Positions 9,313 to 18,871 of a DNA stretch of 64,000 nt are shown here, piece by piece. A program made the position numbers and the translations under genes. The first letter of the stretch is position 1. Each line of letters begins with the position of its first letter. The notes below the pieces were generated by a model that was not told where the DNA came from, did not search any database, and worked only from the letters and a program-made list of their open reading frames with translations. The stretch lies in the NCBI GenBank assembly GCA_965200315.1, contig OZ241362.1, positions 3,648,001 through 3,712,000 on the forward strand. Reading direction: 5' to 3'. Source of the stretch: Candidatus Latescibacterota bacterium. GTDB lineage: Bacteria; Latescibacterota; UBA2968; UBA8231.

Positions 9313-10502
9313 TACTGCATCTCGGCTAGTCGCTCCGCCAAGGCCTCCTGCGTCGTCCCAATGTCGAGGGAACCAATATCCCGTCCATCCAAGCTGCTGG
9401 CTAATCCACTCGGATCGGTGGGCGTCGGCTTAGCCACTACACCCACATCGTCAAGCACCTCGTGAATTTTGTCGGCGCGAATGCCGAATCCGAGGGCCGC
9501 TTGTGAGATGCGCGCAGGTACGCCGCCTATGCTGAGAACCAGATTTTCAATACCCGCGTTGTTGATGGCCACCACCTGACCCGAAGCGTCGAAAATGGGG
9601 CTGCCGCTGGTGCCGCCGGACAGGTCGAGATTGTGCTGAACGATGTAGGTGTTGGCCACGGAGTACGGCTCATTTTGGAAGGACGGACGCAAGGCACTGA
9701 TCGTGCCATTCTTAAAGGTGGCAATCGGGAAAAGGGCGGACAGTTCGCCGCCTTGGAGTTCGCCGGGAAATCCCAACGTCGCTATCGGCGCACCGACTCT
9801 CAATCGACGAGCCTCTCTGCTCGTCGCCAAACGGGCGCGACGCCCAATGAAGCCTTCGGAGATGTGCAGCGTACCCACGTCGGGCGAACTCAGATCCTCG
9901 GGGTCCCATTGCGGATGCGACCAATAACCACCAATAAAGAAATAATTTCCTTGGTATGAGAGGCTGGTCGTCAGGTTTCTCACTACTATCCAATCGCTCG
10001 ATAGATCGGTTCCATACCTGTTGTTAAATGCCGCTACTTGGCCGTCCAATTCAATCAGTCCATCTATGATATGTCCATTGGTAACAAGCGTACCGCTTGC
10101 CACGGCAAAGCTCGTGCCGATGAATGTAATAGTCCAATCCTCTATGTTTTCGTTGTACACGCCGTGGAGCACGGCGTAAACGGAGTACTGCCGAGAATGG
10201 ACAATCCCGCTCCAATCCCCAATTTGACCTTCCAACTCCTCCACGCGCTCTTGAAGGTCCTCAAATTCCGACCGCGTAATACCCGTCTGGTTCAGCTTGG
10301 CGCGCACTTGGCCGATCTCCTCGGCGTTGGCGGACGTCACCGCGAGGGCGTCGAGCCGCGCCAGCAGGCGCATCCTATCCTCCTCTCGCTCGGCTTCAAC
10401 TTCGTCGAGCCGCTGCTCTAATTCGTCTACTCGCTCCGCGAGCGGATTATCCGCGCAGGCGAAAAAGGCCGCGCTTAGCAGGACGAACAGAAACAGATGC
10501 AT
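9312..10502 (-). CDS. Lipoprotein trypsin-like serine protease with N-terminal coiled coil
   Basis: Lipobox FFAC, coiled coil, triad motifs TNGH, PDVG and GTSGSP. AGGAG RBS before ATG 10502. Confidence 0.85.
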   Translation of the reverse strand: MHLFLFVLLSAAFFACADNPLAERVDELEQRLDEVEAEREEDRMRLLARLDALAVTSANAEEIGQVRAKLNQTGITRSEFEDLQERVEELEGQIGDWSGIVHSRQYSVYAVLHGVYNENIEDWTITFIGTSFAVASGTLVTNGHIIDGLIELDGQVAAFNNRYGTDLSSDWIVVRNLTTSLSYQGNYFFIGGYWSHPQWDPEDLSSPDVGTLHISEGFIGRRARLATSREARRLRVGAPIATLGFPGELQGGELSALFPIATFKNGTISALRPSFQNEPYSVANTYIVQHNLDLSGGTSGSPIFDASGQVVAINNAGIENLVLSIGGVPARISQAALGFGIRADKIHEVLDDVGVVAKPTPTDPSGLASSLDGRDIGSLDIGTTQEALAERLAEMQ

Positions 10503-10803
10503 GAAAAGCTCCTTTCGGGATTGGCGCATTGCTTGCGAACGTGCTTAAACGTAGTTTGGTCAACCGAATGTGCCGTGCAATAATGACCAATTCTATACCA
10601 TGCGGACAAATCAACTCCTCCCCATTAGCAATGCGTACCTGACGTTATGCGGCCGGCCCTCATGGAATCACTCGGTCCTTTCAGCAGCGGTTTGCCAATC
10701 TCCGGCCGCGTTGCGTTGCGGGCGAGACGGCCGCGCACCCTAGCACCAAGGCCCTATACCCCTCTATGCACTCCGCTCTTTCACCCCCAATTCGCCATTC
10801 CCA

Positions 10804-12057
10804 ATGCCCTTAGCCTTTTCGCTCCTCCTCGCCCTTTCCTCCTGCAGCCCTGAGCCGCGCCAAGACGCGACCGTCACCCTCGAATTCTGGACCATTGCCC
10901 TCGGCGATGCCTTCGCCGACTACATCTTAGGCATGATCGCCGAGTACGAGCAGGCGCATCCCGGCGTACAAGTCAAATGGGTCGATGTCAGCGGCGGCGA
11001 GGTGGCCGAGAAGTTCCTCGCCGCCTTGGTCGGCGACGCGCCGCCAGACTTGGCCAATATCTATGATCTGCCCCGCTTTTTACAATACGACATCCTCGTC
11101 AACATGGACGAAGCGGTCGCCCCCGCCGAAAAGGCCAAACGGCTCGAAAATTTTTGGCGCGGCGTCGGTTACTTCCAAGGCAGCAACTACGCCATCCCTT
11201 GGTACGTCGGCGTCACCATGCTCTGGTACAACAAGGACCTTTTCGCCCGAGCCGGCCTCGACCCGGAGCGGCCGCCCGCCACCGTCGACGAGATGCTCGC
11301 CATGGGCCGCCAAATCCGCGAGCGCACCGGCAAATACGGCATCTCTTGGCGGCTGCATCCCTCACTGGTGGCTCCCCCTTGGGCCCTGTTGCGCCTAGAC
11401 GGATTCTGGCCGCTCTTCGTCCCCAACGCCCGCCGCACCCGCATCAATCACCCCGAAGCCAAGGCCATCTTGCAGCAGTGGATTGACGCCTATCAGCAAG
11501 GGATCGTGCCGCCCGAGGCCCTCGCCGCCTCCCACCGCGACGAGGTCAATTGGTTCATCGAGGGGCGCGCCGCCATGCTGCCCTTTTCCGGCGGGTGGAT
11601 CACCCGCTACTTCGACGACTCCTTTGCCAAAAAGGCGGTCCCAGCGCCCATGCCGCGCGGCCGCCTCGGCCAAGTGCCAGCCACCAGCCAAGTCTTGGTC
11701 GTGCCCAAAGCCTCGCCCCACGTAGAGCAAGCCGTTGACTTCGGGCTGTTTGTCACCAACGACGCCAACCAACTCGAATTCTGCCGCCGCGTCGCTATCT
11801 TGCCCTCGACTGTGGAAGCCGCCGCCGATCCCTACTTCCGCCGCCCACCCGCCACGCTGGCCGCCGCCGCCAACCAGCTTTCCGCGGCCGACATCGCTCA
11901 CTCCTTTGTCATGGCCCCGCCCGACGTCAAGGGCTGGAGCCGGATGGAGGACATCCTCCACGAGGAATTCGCCAAGGCCCTAGCCGGCCAGCAGAGCGCG
12001 GACGCGGCCCTCAGCCGCATCGAATCCAAGTGGAACCACCTAGCGCGCTTCCGTTGA
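10804..12057 (+). CDS. Sugar ABC transporter substrate-binding lipoprotein
   Basis: Lipobox LSSC, YEQAHPGVQVKWVD, YAIPWY...LWYNKDLF..AGLDPERPP, SBP_bac_1/8 pattern. Confidence 0.9.
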   Translation: MPLAFSLLLALSSCSPEPRQDATVTLEFWTIALGDAFADYILGMIAEYEQAHPGVQVKWVDVSGGEVAEKFLAALVGDAPPDLANIYDLPRFLQYDILVNMDEAVAPAEKAKRLENFWRGVGYFQGSNYAIPWYVGVTMLWYNKDLFARAGLDPERPPATVDEMLAMGRQIRERTGKYGISWRLHPSLVAPPWALLRLDGFWPLFVPNARRTRINHPEAKAILQQWIDAYQQGIVPPEALAASHRDEVNWFIEGRAAMLPFSGGWITRYFDDSFAKKAVPAPMPRGRLGQVPATSQVLVVPKASPHVEQAVDFGLFVTNDANQLEFCRRVAILPSTVEAAADPYFRRPPATLAAAANQLSAADIAHSFVMAPPDVKGWSRMEDILHEEFAKALAGQQSADAALSRIESKWNHLARFR

Positions 12058-12098
12058 GACCCAATCATGCACTTATTACCGAGGCGCCCAACCAATCC

Positions 12099-12123
12099 AA
12101 TTCCTAATTCCTAATTCGCAATT
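12099..12123 (+). repeat. Heptamer (AATTCCT) short tandem repeat, intergenic
   Basis: aattcct aattcct aattcgc aatt. Related units occur at 30952-31019. Confidence 0.6.
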
Positions 12124-12127
12124 GACC

Positions 12128-13048
12128 ATGTACGGACGCTACACTCCTTACTTTTTTGTCGCTCCCGGACTGTTACTCCTAGTCGTGTTCTTCGCCTATC
12201 CCTTGCTCGACACGCTCTATCTCAGCCTGCACCGCTACAACATCTTCTCGCCGCCCACCTTTGTCGGCTTCGACAATTTTCGCCGCGCTTGGGGCGACGA
12301 GCTGTTTTGGCGCGTCTTGGCCAACACCCTGCTCTACGCGATCATCGTGGTGCCCGCGCTCGTCGTACTCTCGTTTTTCATGGCGCTCCTGCTCGACAAC
12401 TCCCTGCGGCTGATCAAAGTGTTTCGCACCCTGTACTACATTCCGGTCGTCACCTCCATCGTCGTCGCCGGCATCGTCTGGAAGTGGCTGTACAATGCCG
12501 ATGGCCTGCTCAACGCCTTTCTCAAGGGGCTGGGCGTCAGCGGCCCGTCGTGGCTGGCCGATGTGCGCGGCGTCCCCGAGGCGTTCTTGGGCCTGCTCGG
12601 CGTGGAGACTCAAGCCGCGTGGTTGACCGAGCCGGCGATTGCCCTGTTTGCCGTGGCCATGGTAACCGTGTGGAAGGCAGCGCCTTACTACATGATCATC
12701 TATCTGGCCGGCTTGCAGGGCATCCCGGCCCAGCTCAAAGAAGCGGCCCGCGTCGATGGAGCCGGTTGGTGGCAGGTCGTGCGCCACGTCATCGTCCCGA
12801 CGATCAAGCCCTACACGCTCGTGGTCTCCATCATCGCCACCATCGCCGCCTTGCGCACCTTTGGCGAAGTGTACGTGATGACCGGCGGCGGTCCTTTCCA
12901 CCGCACCAACCTGTTGGCTTACTACATCTACACGCTCGGGTTCAAATACCTCGAAGTAGGGTACGCCGCGGCTGTTTCGCTCTGCTTGCTGGTCGTCATA
13001 CTGATCTTTGCCCTGCTCAACTTTCGCCTCGCCGGCCGAGGAGACTGA
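12128..13048 (+). CDS. Sugar ABC transporter permease (UgpA-like)
   Basis: Transmembrane helices and EAA motif LQGIPAQLKEAARVDGAGWWQ. Confidence 0.93.
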   Translation: MYGRYTPYFFVAPGLLLLVVFFAYPLLDTLYLSLHRYNIFSPPTFVGFDNFRRAWGDELFWRVLANTLLYAIIVVPALVVLSFFMALLLDNSLRLIKVFRTLYYIPVVTSIVVAGIVWKWLYNADGLLNAFLKGLGVSGPSWLADVRGVPEAFLGLLGVETQAAWLTEPAIALFAVAMVTVWKAAPYYMIIYLAGLQGIPAQLKEAARVDGAGWWQVVRHVIVPTIKPYTLVVSIIATIAALRTFGEVYVMTGGGPFHRTNLLAYYIYTLGFKYLEVGYAAAVSLCLLVVILIFALLNFRLAGRGD

Positions 13049-13049
13049 G

Positions 13050-13865
13050 ATGGTCAAGCGCATTCTACTCTACGCAGTCCTGTGCGCGGTCGGCGCGGTC
13101 TTGCTCGTTCCTTTCGCCTGGCTGCTATCCACCGCGCTCAAGGCCGAGTCGGCCGATCTGTTCGCCCATCCTCCGCAGTGGATTCCCGATCCCATCGTCT
13201 GGAGCAACTTCGCCAAGGCTTGGAACATCCTCCCGTTTATGCGCTACCTCTTCAATACCTTCTACATTGCCATCGCCACCGTCCTGCTCAACTTGGCGTG
13301 CTGCTCGCTGGCCGGCTACGCCCTCGCCCGCATGCGCTTTCGCGGCCGCCAAGCCATCTTCTACTGCATATTGGCCACGACCATGGTGCCGTTCCAAGTC
13401 CTCTTAATCCCGCTCTTCATCGTCACCTTGAAGCTCGGCCTCGTGGATTCGTACGCCGGTGTCATCCTGCCGGTGGCCGTCAATGCCTTCGGCATCTTCC
13501 TCCTGCGCCAAGCCTTCGCCACCATTCCCACCGACTTAGAAGACGCCGCGCACATCGACGGCTGCGGCCCGTGGACCATCTATGCGCGCATTATGATGCC
13601 CCTCGTCAAACCGGCCCTCGCCGCGCAGGCCGCGTTCACGTTCGTGGCCCAGTGGAACGACTTCCTGTGGCCGCTGGTGGTGCTCAAAAGCCGCGAGCTG
13701 TACACCCTGCAATTGGGACTGGCCAGCCTCCAAGGCGTCTTTGGCGTCAACTGGCGCTACATCTCGGCGGCCTCAATCATCGCCTTGGTGCCGACGGTGC
13801 TGTTCTTTCTCTTCACCCAGCGATTCTTCACTCAGGGGCTGACGGCTGGCGCGGTGAAGGAATAG
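13050..13865 (+). CDS. Sugar ABC transporter permease (UgpE/MalG-like)
   Basis: IPTDLEDAAHIDGCG...QWNDFLWPL...FTQGLTAGAVKE. Confidence 0.93.
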   Translation: MVKRILLYAVLCAVGAVLLVPFAWLLSTALKAESADLFAHPPQWIPDPIVWSNFAKAWNILPFMRYLFNTFYIAIATVLLNLACCSLAGYALARMRFRGRQAIFYCILATTMVPFQVLLIPLFIVTLKLGLVDSYAGVILPVAVNAFGIFLLRQAFATIPTDLEDAAHIDGCGPWTIYARIMMPLVKPALAAQAAFTFVAQWNDFLWPLVVLKSRELYTLQLGLASLQGVFGVNWRYISAASIIALVPTVLFFLFTQRFFTQGLTAGAVKE

Positions 13866-14012
13866 CGGGAGGTATGTCGCCTGTTAGCTCGGCCGATCTG
13901 CCCAGCGATTATTCCTAGCGAATCAAGAGCATGCGAGACACCCAAGGGCCCAAGGGCTAAGGCACAGGTTGCCCGACAGCCGGCAGGCCCCTCGCTAGCA
14001 AGGAGTCGCAAC

Positions 14013-15617
14013 ATGACGACAACGACCATGCGTTTTTTCAACACCGCCGGTCCCATCAAGACGGATATTCACTATCAAGTCCCGCTCCTGTCGCGGCTCG
14101 ATATCGAGGACCTCCTCCTGCTTATCCGGCAGGAAAAGTACTTCGTCCTGCACGCACCGCGCCAGACGGGCAAAACATCGGTGTTGTTCGCCTTGCGGGA
14201 CCAACTGAACGCCAGCGGCGAGTTCCGCTGTGTGTATGTCAACGTCGAGGTCGGCCAGTCGGCGCGGGAGGATGTGGCCGCGGCCATGCGGGCAATTCTC
14301 AGCGCATTGGCTCGTGCGGCGCGCCACACGCTCGACGATCTGTTCGTCGCGGACATTTGGCCCGGCATTCTCGACGACGCGGGGCCCAATGACGCGCTGG
14401 GGGAGACCCTATCCCGTTGGTCGCAAGCCGACGCCAAACCGCTGGTGCTGATCGTCGACGAGATTGACGCCCTGATCGGCGACACCCTACTGGCCGTGCT
14501 GCGGCAACTGCGTGCGGGCTACCCAGACCGCCCACGCCGGTTTCCTCAGAGCGCGATCCTCTGCGGGGTGCGCGATGTGCGCGACTACCGCATCCGCTCG
14601 TCCGCCGAAAACGCCATCATCGCCGGGGGCAGTGCGTTCAACATCCGCGCCGAATCCCTGCGCTTGGACGACTTCTCGTCCGCCGAGGTTGAATCCCTGC
14701 TGTTACAGCACACCGAGGAGACCGGCCAAGCGTTCGCCGAGGAAGCGCGGGGGGCGATATGGGAATTGACGCAGGGCCAGCCGTGGCTAGTCAACGCCTT
14801 GGCCTACGAAGCCTGCTTCAAGAACAAGGCCGGCCGCGACCGCAGCCGAGCCATCACCGCCGACGCCATCCAAGACGCCCGCGAGCAGTTGATCCTCCGC
14901 CGCGAGACGCACTTGGACCAGCTCACCGACAAGCTGCAAGAGGAGCGGGTGCGCCGCGTAGTCGAACCGCTGCTGAGCAGTGCTGACGCCGTGGAATCAT
15001 TCGCCGACGATGATCTGCAGTACGTGCGCGACTTGGGCTTGGTGGCGCAGGGCAGCCCGGTTGCCATCGCCAACCCGATCTACCGAGAGGTAATCCCGCG
15101 CGCCCTCACCTATACCACTCAGGAGATGTCGATCCACCACGACCCCGCTTGGTACGTCAATGCGGACGGCACCTTGGAGATGGGCAAGCTGCTGGCCGCG
15201 TTCCAAGCATTCTTCCGCGAGCTGTCTGAACATTGGGTGGAGCGATTCCAGTACAAGGAAGCGGGGCCGCAGTTGCTACTCCAAGCGTTCTTGCAGCGGG
15301 TCGTCAACAGCGGCGGGCGGATCGAGCGCGAGTATGGTTTGGGTCGGGGGCGCACGGACTTGCTGTTGACATGGCCAGTGGGCGGGGATCGCGGCAAGAT
15401 GCAGAAGGTCGTCATCGAATGCAAGGTGCTGCATCGGGGGCTGGAGCGGACGCTGCGCGAAGGGCTGGAGCAGACGCGGGCCTACATGGACCGCTGCGCG
15501 GCGGCGGAAGGGCATCTCGTGCTCTTCGACCGCACCGAGGGCACGTTGTGGGACGACAAGGTGTATCGCCGCGAGGAAACCGAAGAGGGTGCGCCCGTCG
15601 CGGTATGGGGCATGTAA
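14013..15617 (+). CDS. AAA-like ATPase with C-terminal PD-(D/E)XK nuclease-like domain
   Basis: MRFFNTAGP, Walker A APRQTGKT, Walker B LIVDEID, C-terminal EREYGLGRGRTDLL...VIECK. Confidence 0.85.
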   Translation: MTTTTMRFFNTAGPIKTDIHYQVPLLSRLDIEDLLLLIRQEKYFVLHAPRQTGKTSVLFALRDQLNASGEFRCVYVNVEVGQSAREDVAAAMRAILSALARAARHTLDDLFVADIWPGILDDAGPNDALGETLSRWSQADAKPLVLIVDEIDALIGDTLLAVLRQLRAGYPDRPRRFPQSAILCGVRDVRDYRIRSSAENAIIAGGSAFNIRAESLRLDDFSSAEVESLLLQHTEETGQAFAEEARGAIWELTQGQPWLVNALAYEACFKNKAGRDRSRAITADAIQDAREQLILRRETHLDQLTDKLQEERVRRVVEPLLSSADAVESFADDDLQYVRDLGLVAQGSPVAIANPIYREVIPRALTYTTQEMSIHHDPAWYVNADGTLEMGKLLAAFQAFFRELSEHWVERFQYKEAGPQLLLQAFLQRVVNSGGRIEREYGLGRGRTDLLLTWPVGGDRGKMQKVVIECKVLHRGLERTLREGLEQTRAYMDRCAAAEGHLVLFDRTEGTLWDDKVYRREETEEGAPVAVWGM

Positions 15618-15789
15618 GATGTCGCTTGCGCCCTGCGGGAAAGACGATTGCATATAGCGAGTTGCAAGCACGGAACGTTCAGCGGCACCTTCTTCGCCGT
15701 GTTCCCTGCCCGCAGGCCAGCGGGCCAAACGCCCGCGCATCCAGCTATCATGAATGACTTAGGATTGCTATAACAAGGAGACCACGCCC

Positions 15790-16932
15790 ATGCGAGCGAC
15801 CATATACACGTACCCCTGGGACTTGACGGACGAGGGCATTGACTCGGCCCTAGAGACCATCGCCCACACAGCCGGCCTCAACAGCGTCAGCCTAGCCCAG
15901 AGCTACCATGTATCGACGTATTTTTTGCCGCACAATCCCCGGCGGCCCCTCTACTGGGGAGAAGAAGGCGCACTCTATTTCCAGCCATCCGCCACCTTTT
16001 ACGACGAAAGCCCCATCGCGCCCCTGATCAGCAACATTGTCGATGGCCCGGATTACATGCGCCGGATCGCGGATAAAATCAGGGCGCGCGGCCTCGACTT
16101 GACGAGTTGGCTGGTCTTCAACTACAACCACTACCTGCCCCAGCGCTATCCAGACGCAGCCAAGCACGATCCCTTTGGGCACATCAACTTCGCCCAGCTA
16201 TGCCCGGCCAGCCCCTTGGTGCGCGGCTATGCTCGTGCGCTCTGCCGCGATATCGCCGCGCAGTTTCAGCCCGACGAGTTCCACCTCGAATCGCTGGGCT
16301 ACCTGCACTTCAGCTACGGGTTCCGCAATCCCAAAGTCGGCGTACAGATCACACCATTCTGCGAGCTGCTGATGGGGTTGTGCTACTGCCGGCACTGCTT
16401 GCAGCGGGCCGGTGAAGGCGAGTGCTTCCGCGCAGAGGTCGCCGCATTCCTCGCCAGCGAACTCGCTGCTGAGCCTGCCCCGGAAGACATGCAGCCCCCG
16501 AGTGCCGAATGCCTCGCCGCCGCCTTTTCCGGCCGCTTGCAGACCTTTCTCGCTGCCCGCGTCGAAACGGCAACTTCGCTGGTGGAGGAAGCCATTGCCA
16601 TCGCCAACCAAGCCGGGGCACGCGCCTCGTTTTTCGGGGGCCGCGACCAGACAGTCAATGGGCTTGACTCGGATCGCGTCCTCCGCAACGTGTACATGGT
16701 CAACGCCGGCATGGGCGGCGAGCGCGTCCGCGCCCTGCGCGGCGAACTCCCGGCGGGTACCGGCCTAAGTGCCATCGTCAACCCTGGGGAATTCGCCGAC
16801 CGCGACGCGCTCGGGGCGCACCTGATCGCGCTGCGCCAAGCGGGCGTTGATGGCTATGCTTTCTACAACTACGGACTCATCCGCCGCGCCCATCTCGAAT
16901 GGATTGGCGCACACCGCCACTTGTGGCAGTAG
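15790..16932 (+). CDS. Hypothetical TIM-barrel (glycoside-hydrolase-like) protein
   Basis: 380-aa ORF with AGGAG RBS. YPWDLTDEG...LNSVSLAQSYH...LCPASP...FHLESLGY...YAFYNYGL. Confidence 0.7.
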   Translation: MRATIYTYPWDLTDEGIDSALETIAHTAGLNSVSLAQSYHVSTYFLPHNPRRPLYWGEEGALYFQPSATFYDESPIAPLISNIVDGPDYMRRIADKIRARGLDLTSWLVFNYNHYLPQRYPDAAKHDPFGHINFAQLCPASPLVRGYARALCRDIAAQFQPDEFHLESLGYLHFSYGFRNPKVGVQITPFCELLMGLCYCRHCLQRAGEGECFRAEVAAFLASELAAEPAPEDMQPPSAECLAAAFSGRLQTFLAARVETATSLVEEAIAIANQAGARASFFGGRDQTVNGLDSDRVLRNVYMVNAGMGGERVRALRGELPAGTGLSAIVNPGEFADRDALGAHLIALRQAGVDGYAFYNYGLIRRAHLEWIGAHRHLWQ

Positions 16933-16961
16933 GGTGCTGTCTAACCAAAGGAGCTAACTAC

Positions 16962-17993
16962 ATGGACGTCCAAGCAATCCAACGCGCCATCGACGCGCTG
17001 CCCCGCCACCACCTGACGCATTTGCCAACGCCCTTACAGCCCTGTCCGCGGCTGTCGGACGCGCTCGGGGGGCCGCAGATATGGATCAAGCGCGACGATC
17101 TGACCGGTCTGGCCTTGGGCGGCAACAAGTCCCGCTACCTCGAATTCACCCTCGCCGAGGCCACGGCCCAAGGGTGCGATGCGGCCGTGCTGAGCGCCGT
17201 CGTCCAGTCCAATCACTGCCGCCAGTTCGCCGCCGCCTGCGCCCAGCTCGGCCTCAAGGGCGTCGTCGTCCTGCGCGAGAACGATTCCATCATGGGGCGC
17301 AAGTCGCCAGCCCAAGGCAACTACCTTTTAGATCAGCTATGTGGCGCACACATCCGCTTTGCTCCACCCGAGAGCGTCGGCGCAACCATAGCCGAAGAAG
17401 TGGAGCGGCTCAAAGAAGAGGGGTACAAACCTTTCACCGGCCTGTCCGGCCTGTTGTCGCGCGTTGCCTACATCCAATGTGCGTTGGAAATCGAAACCCA
17501 ACTGTGCGCCGCCGGTATCCAAGCCGACGACTTGGTAATCGGGTCCGGGGGGACCAGCTTGGCTGGGCTAGTGGCCGGCTTTGCCCTCTTAGGGCGTTCG
17601 GCCCGCTTCCTCGGCACGCCCCAGAGCAAGCTGAGCCAGCGCGAAGGAGTGTCTGAGCGCATCGCGCAATCTGCTGCGGAAGCCGCGGCCCACCTCGGCC
17701 TCGAATGCGCACCCAACCCAGAGCGCATCGCCGTGACCGATGAGTACGTCGGCCCGGGCTTCGGCCATTTGGACCGCGCCACGCTCGACAGCATCCGCCT
17801 CCTCGCCCAAAGCGAGGGCATCTTCGTCGATCCCACCTATTCGGGCAAGGGATTATCCTGCCTAATTGATCAGGTGCGCCAAGGGCGTTTCCGCGACAGC
17901 GAAAATGTCGTCTTTGTCCACACCGGCGGAACGCCGCTGCTATTTGCCTACGGGGAAGAATTGGTAGGACTAGGTACAACCGAAAACGCTTGA
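16962..17993 (+). CDS. D-cysteine desulfhydrase / ACC deaminase family PLP enzyme
   Basis: LPTPLQ..PRLS, WIKRDDLTGLALGGNKSR, QSNHCR, GSGGTSLAGL, EGIFVDPTYSGK, FVHTGG. Confidence 0.92.
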   Translation: MDVQAIQRAIDALPRHHLTHLPTPLQPCPRLSDALGGPQIWIKRDDLTGLALGGNKSRYLEFTLAEATAQGCDAAVLSAVVQSNHCRQFAAACAQLGLKGVVVLRENDSIMGRKSPAQGNYLLDQLCGAHIRFAPPESVGATIAEEVERLKEEGYKPFTGLSGLLSRVAYIQCALEIETQLCAAGIQADDLVIGSGGTSLAGLVAGFALLGRSARFLGTPQSKLSQREGVSERIAQSAAEAAAHLGLECAPNPERIAVTDEYVGPGFGHLDRATLDSIRLLAQSEGIFVDPTYSGKGLSCLIDQVRQGRFRDSENVVFVHTGGTPLLFAYGEELVGLGTTENA

Positions 17994-18004
17994 ATCTGCT
18001 TTAG

Positions 18005-18307
18005 ATGTTTGGCGAATATCGGCGAATTTTTTTCTTTGAGGGTGCAAAACCGACTCATTCTCATTTTCAAAGAGGATCCCATCATGTGGCCCATGATTGC
18101 CGAACCCGGCCTGCGCTGCACAGAATGCCGACACACCATTTTGCTGCCGCCTACAGCGTCGATGGAACCCACAAGTGCCTTGTATTTAACCAAGCTGGAC
18201 AATTTTACGTCGAGGACCAGCCAACCGAAATCATACCTAGCAAGGAATACTTATTCTACTTTGAAACCGACGGAGAATGGAATATAAACTTCACGGAAGG
18301 GTACTAA
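18005..18307 (+). pseudogene. Low-GC gene remnant(s)
   Basis: AT-richer stretch with two protein-like segments in different frames (MWPMIAEPGLRCTECRHTI and HKCLVFNQAGQFYVEDQPTEI...WNINFTEGY). Confidence 0.35.
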
Positions 18308-18357
18308 TCAAGCATTCCCTCATTATGACATGCTGTGGATTGGCCATGTCTCTTTTT

Positions 18358-18768
18358 TTATTTTCCAGAACATTCCTCAATACCCAAGGCCCCGACGACT
18401 TCCTTGATTCGAGCGAGCCGGGCTGAAGCATAGTCCGTGGCCTCGTACCGCTGAATCTGTTGCTCCTTCAGTCCGAGTCGTTCCGCCAGCTCTTTTTGGC
18501 TCAGTCCTTGGGCGATTCGCGCTTTGATTAGAAGGGTCGGCAGCTCGGCGACGGTCTTGAGCTGATCAAATTGAAACAGGCCGACCTTTAGAGATTCATA
18601 TTCGCGCAACTCCTCTTTCAGGTCGGCGATCTGACTGCTCAAGGCATCGCGCTGGGCTTTGACAATAAGCGGATGCACTCCGTCGGCCTCGCCGAGGCTC
18701 TGCAAGGCCTGCGAGAACCGATTCGCTTGCGCTTTGGTGAGTCGGTATTGCCTTTCGTTTTTGATCAT
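18358..18768 (-). CDS. XRE-family HTH protein (HigA-like antitoxin or regulator), no adjacent toxin
   Basis: MIKNERQYRLTKAQ...LIKARIAQGLSQKELAERLGLKEQQIQRYEATDY. GAGG RBS before ATG 18768. Confidence 0.85.
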   Translation of the reverse strand: MIKNERQYRLTKAQANRFSQALQSLGEADGVHPLIVKAQRDALSSQIADLKEELREYESLKVGLFQFDQLKTVAELPTLLIKARIAQGLSQKELAERLGLKEQQIQRYEATDYASARLARIKEVVGALGIEECSGK

Positions 18769-18871
18769 GGAAAACCTCTCAAGTCTATGGCAACAATTCC
18801 TTGTGGAAGAGTTCCGACTGTATTGAACCGAGGGGACCACAACACAATTTTATCGTTGTGTTGGCGCGTTG

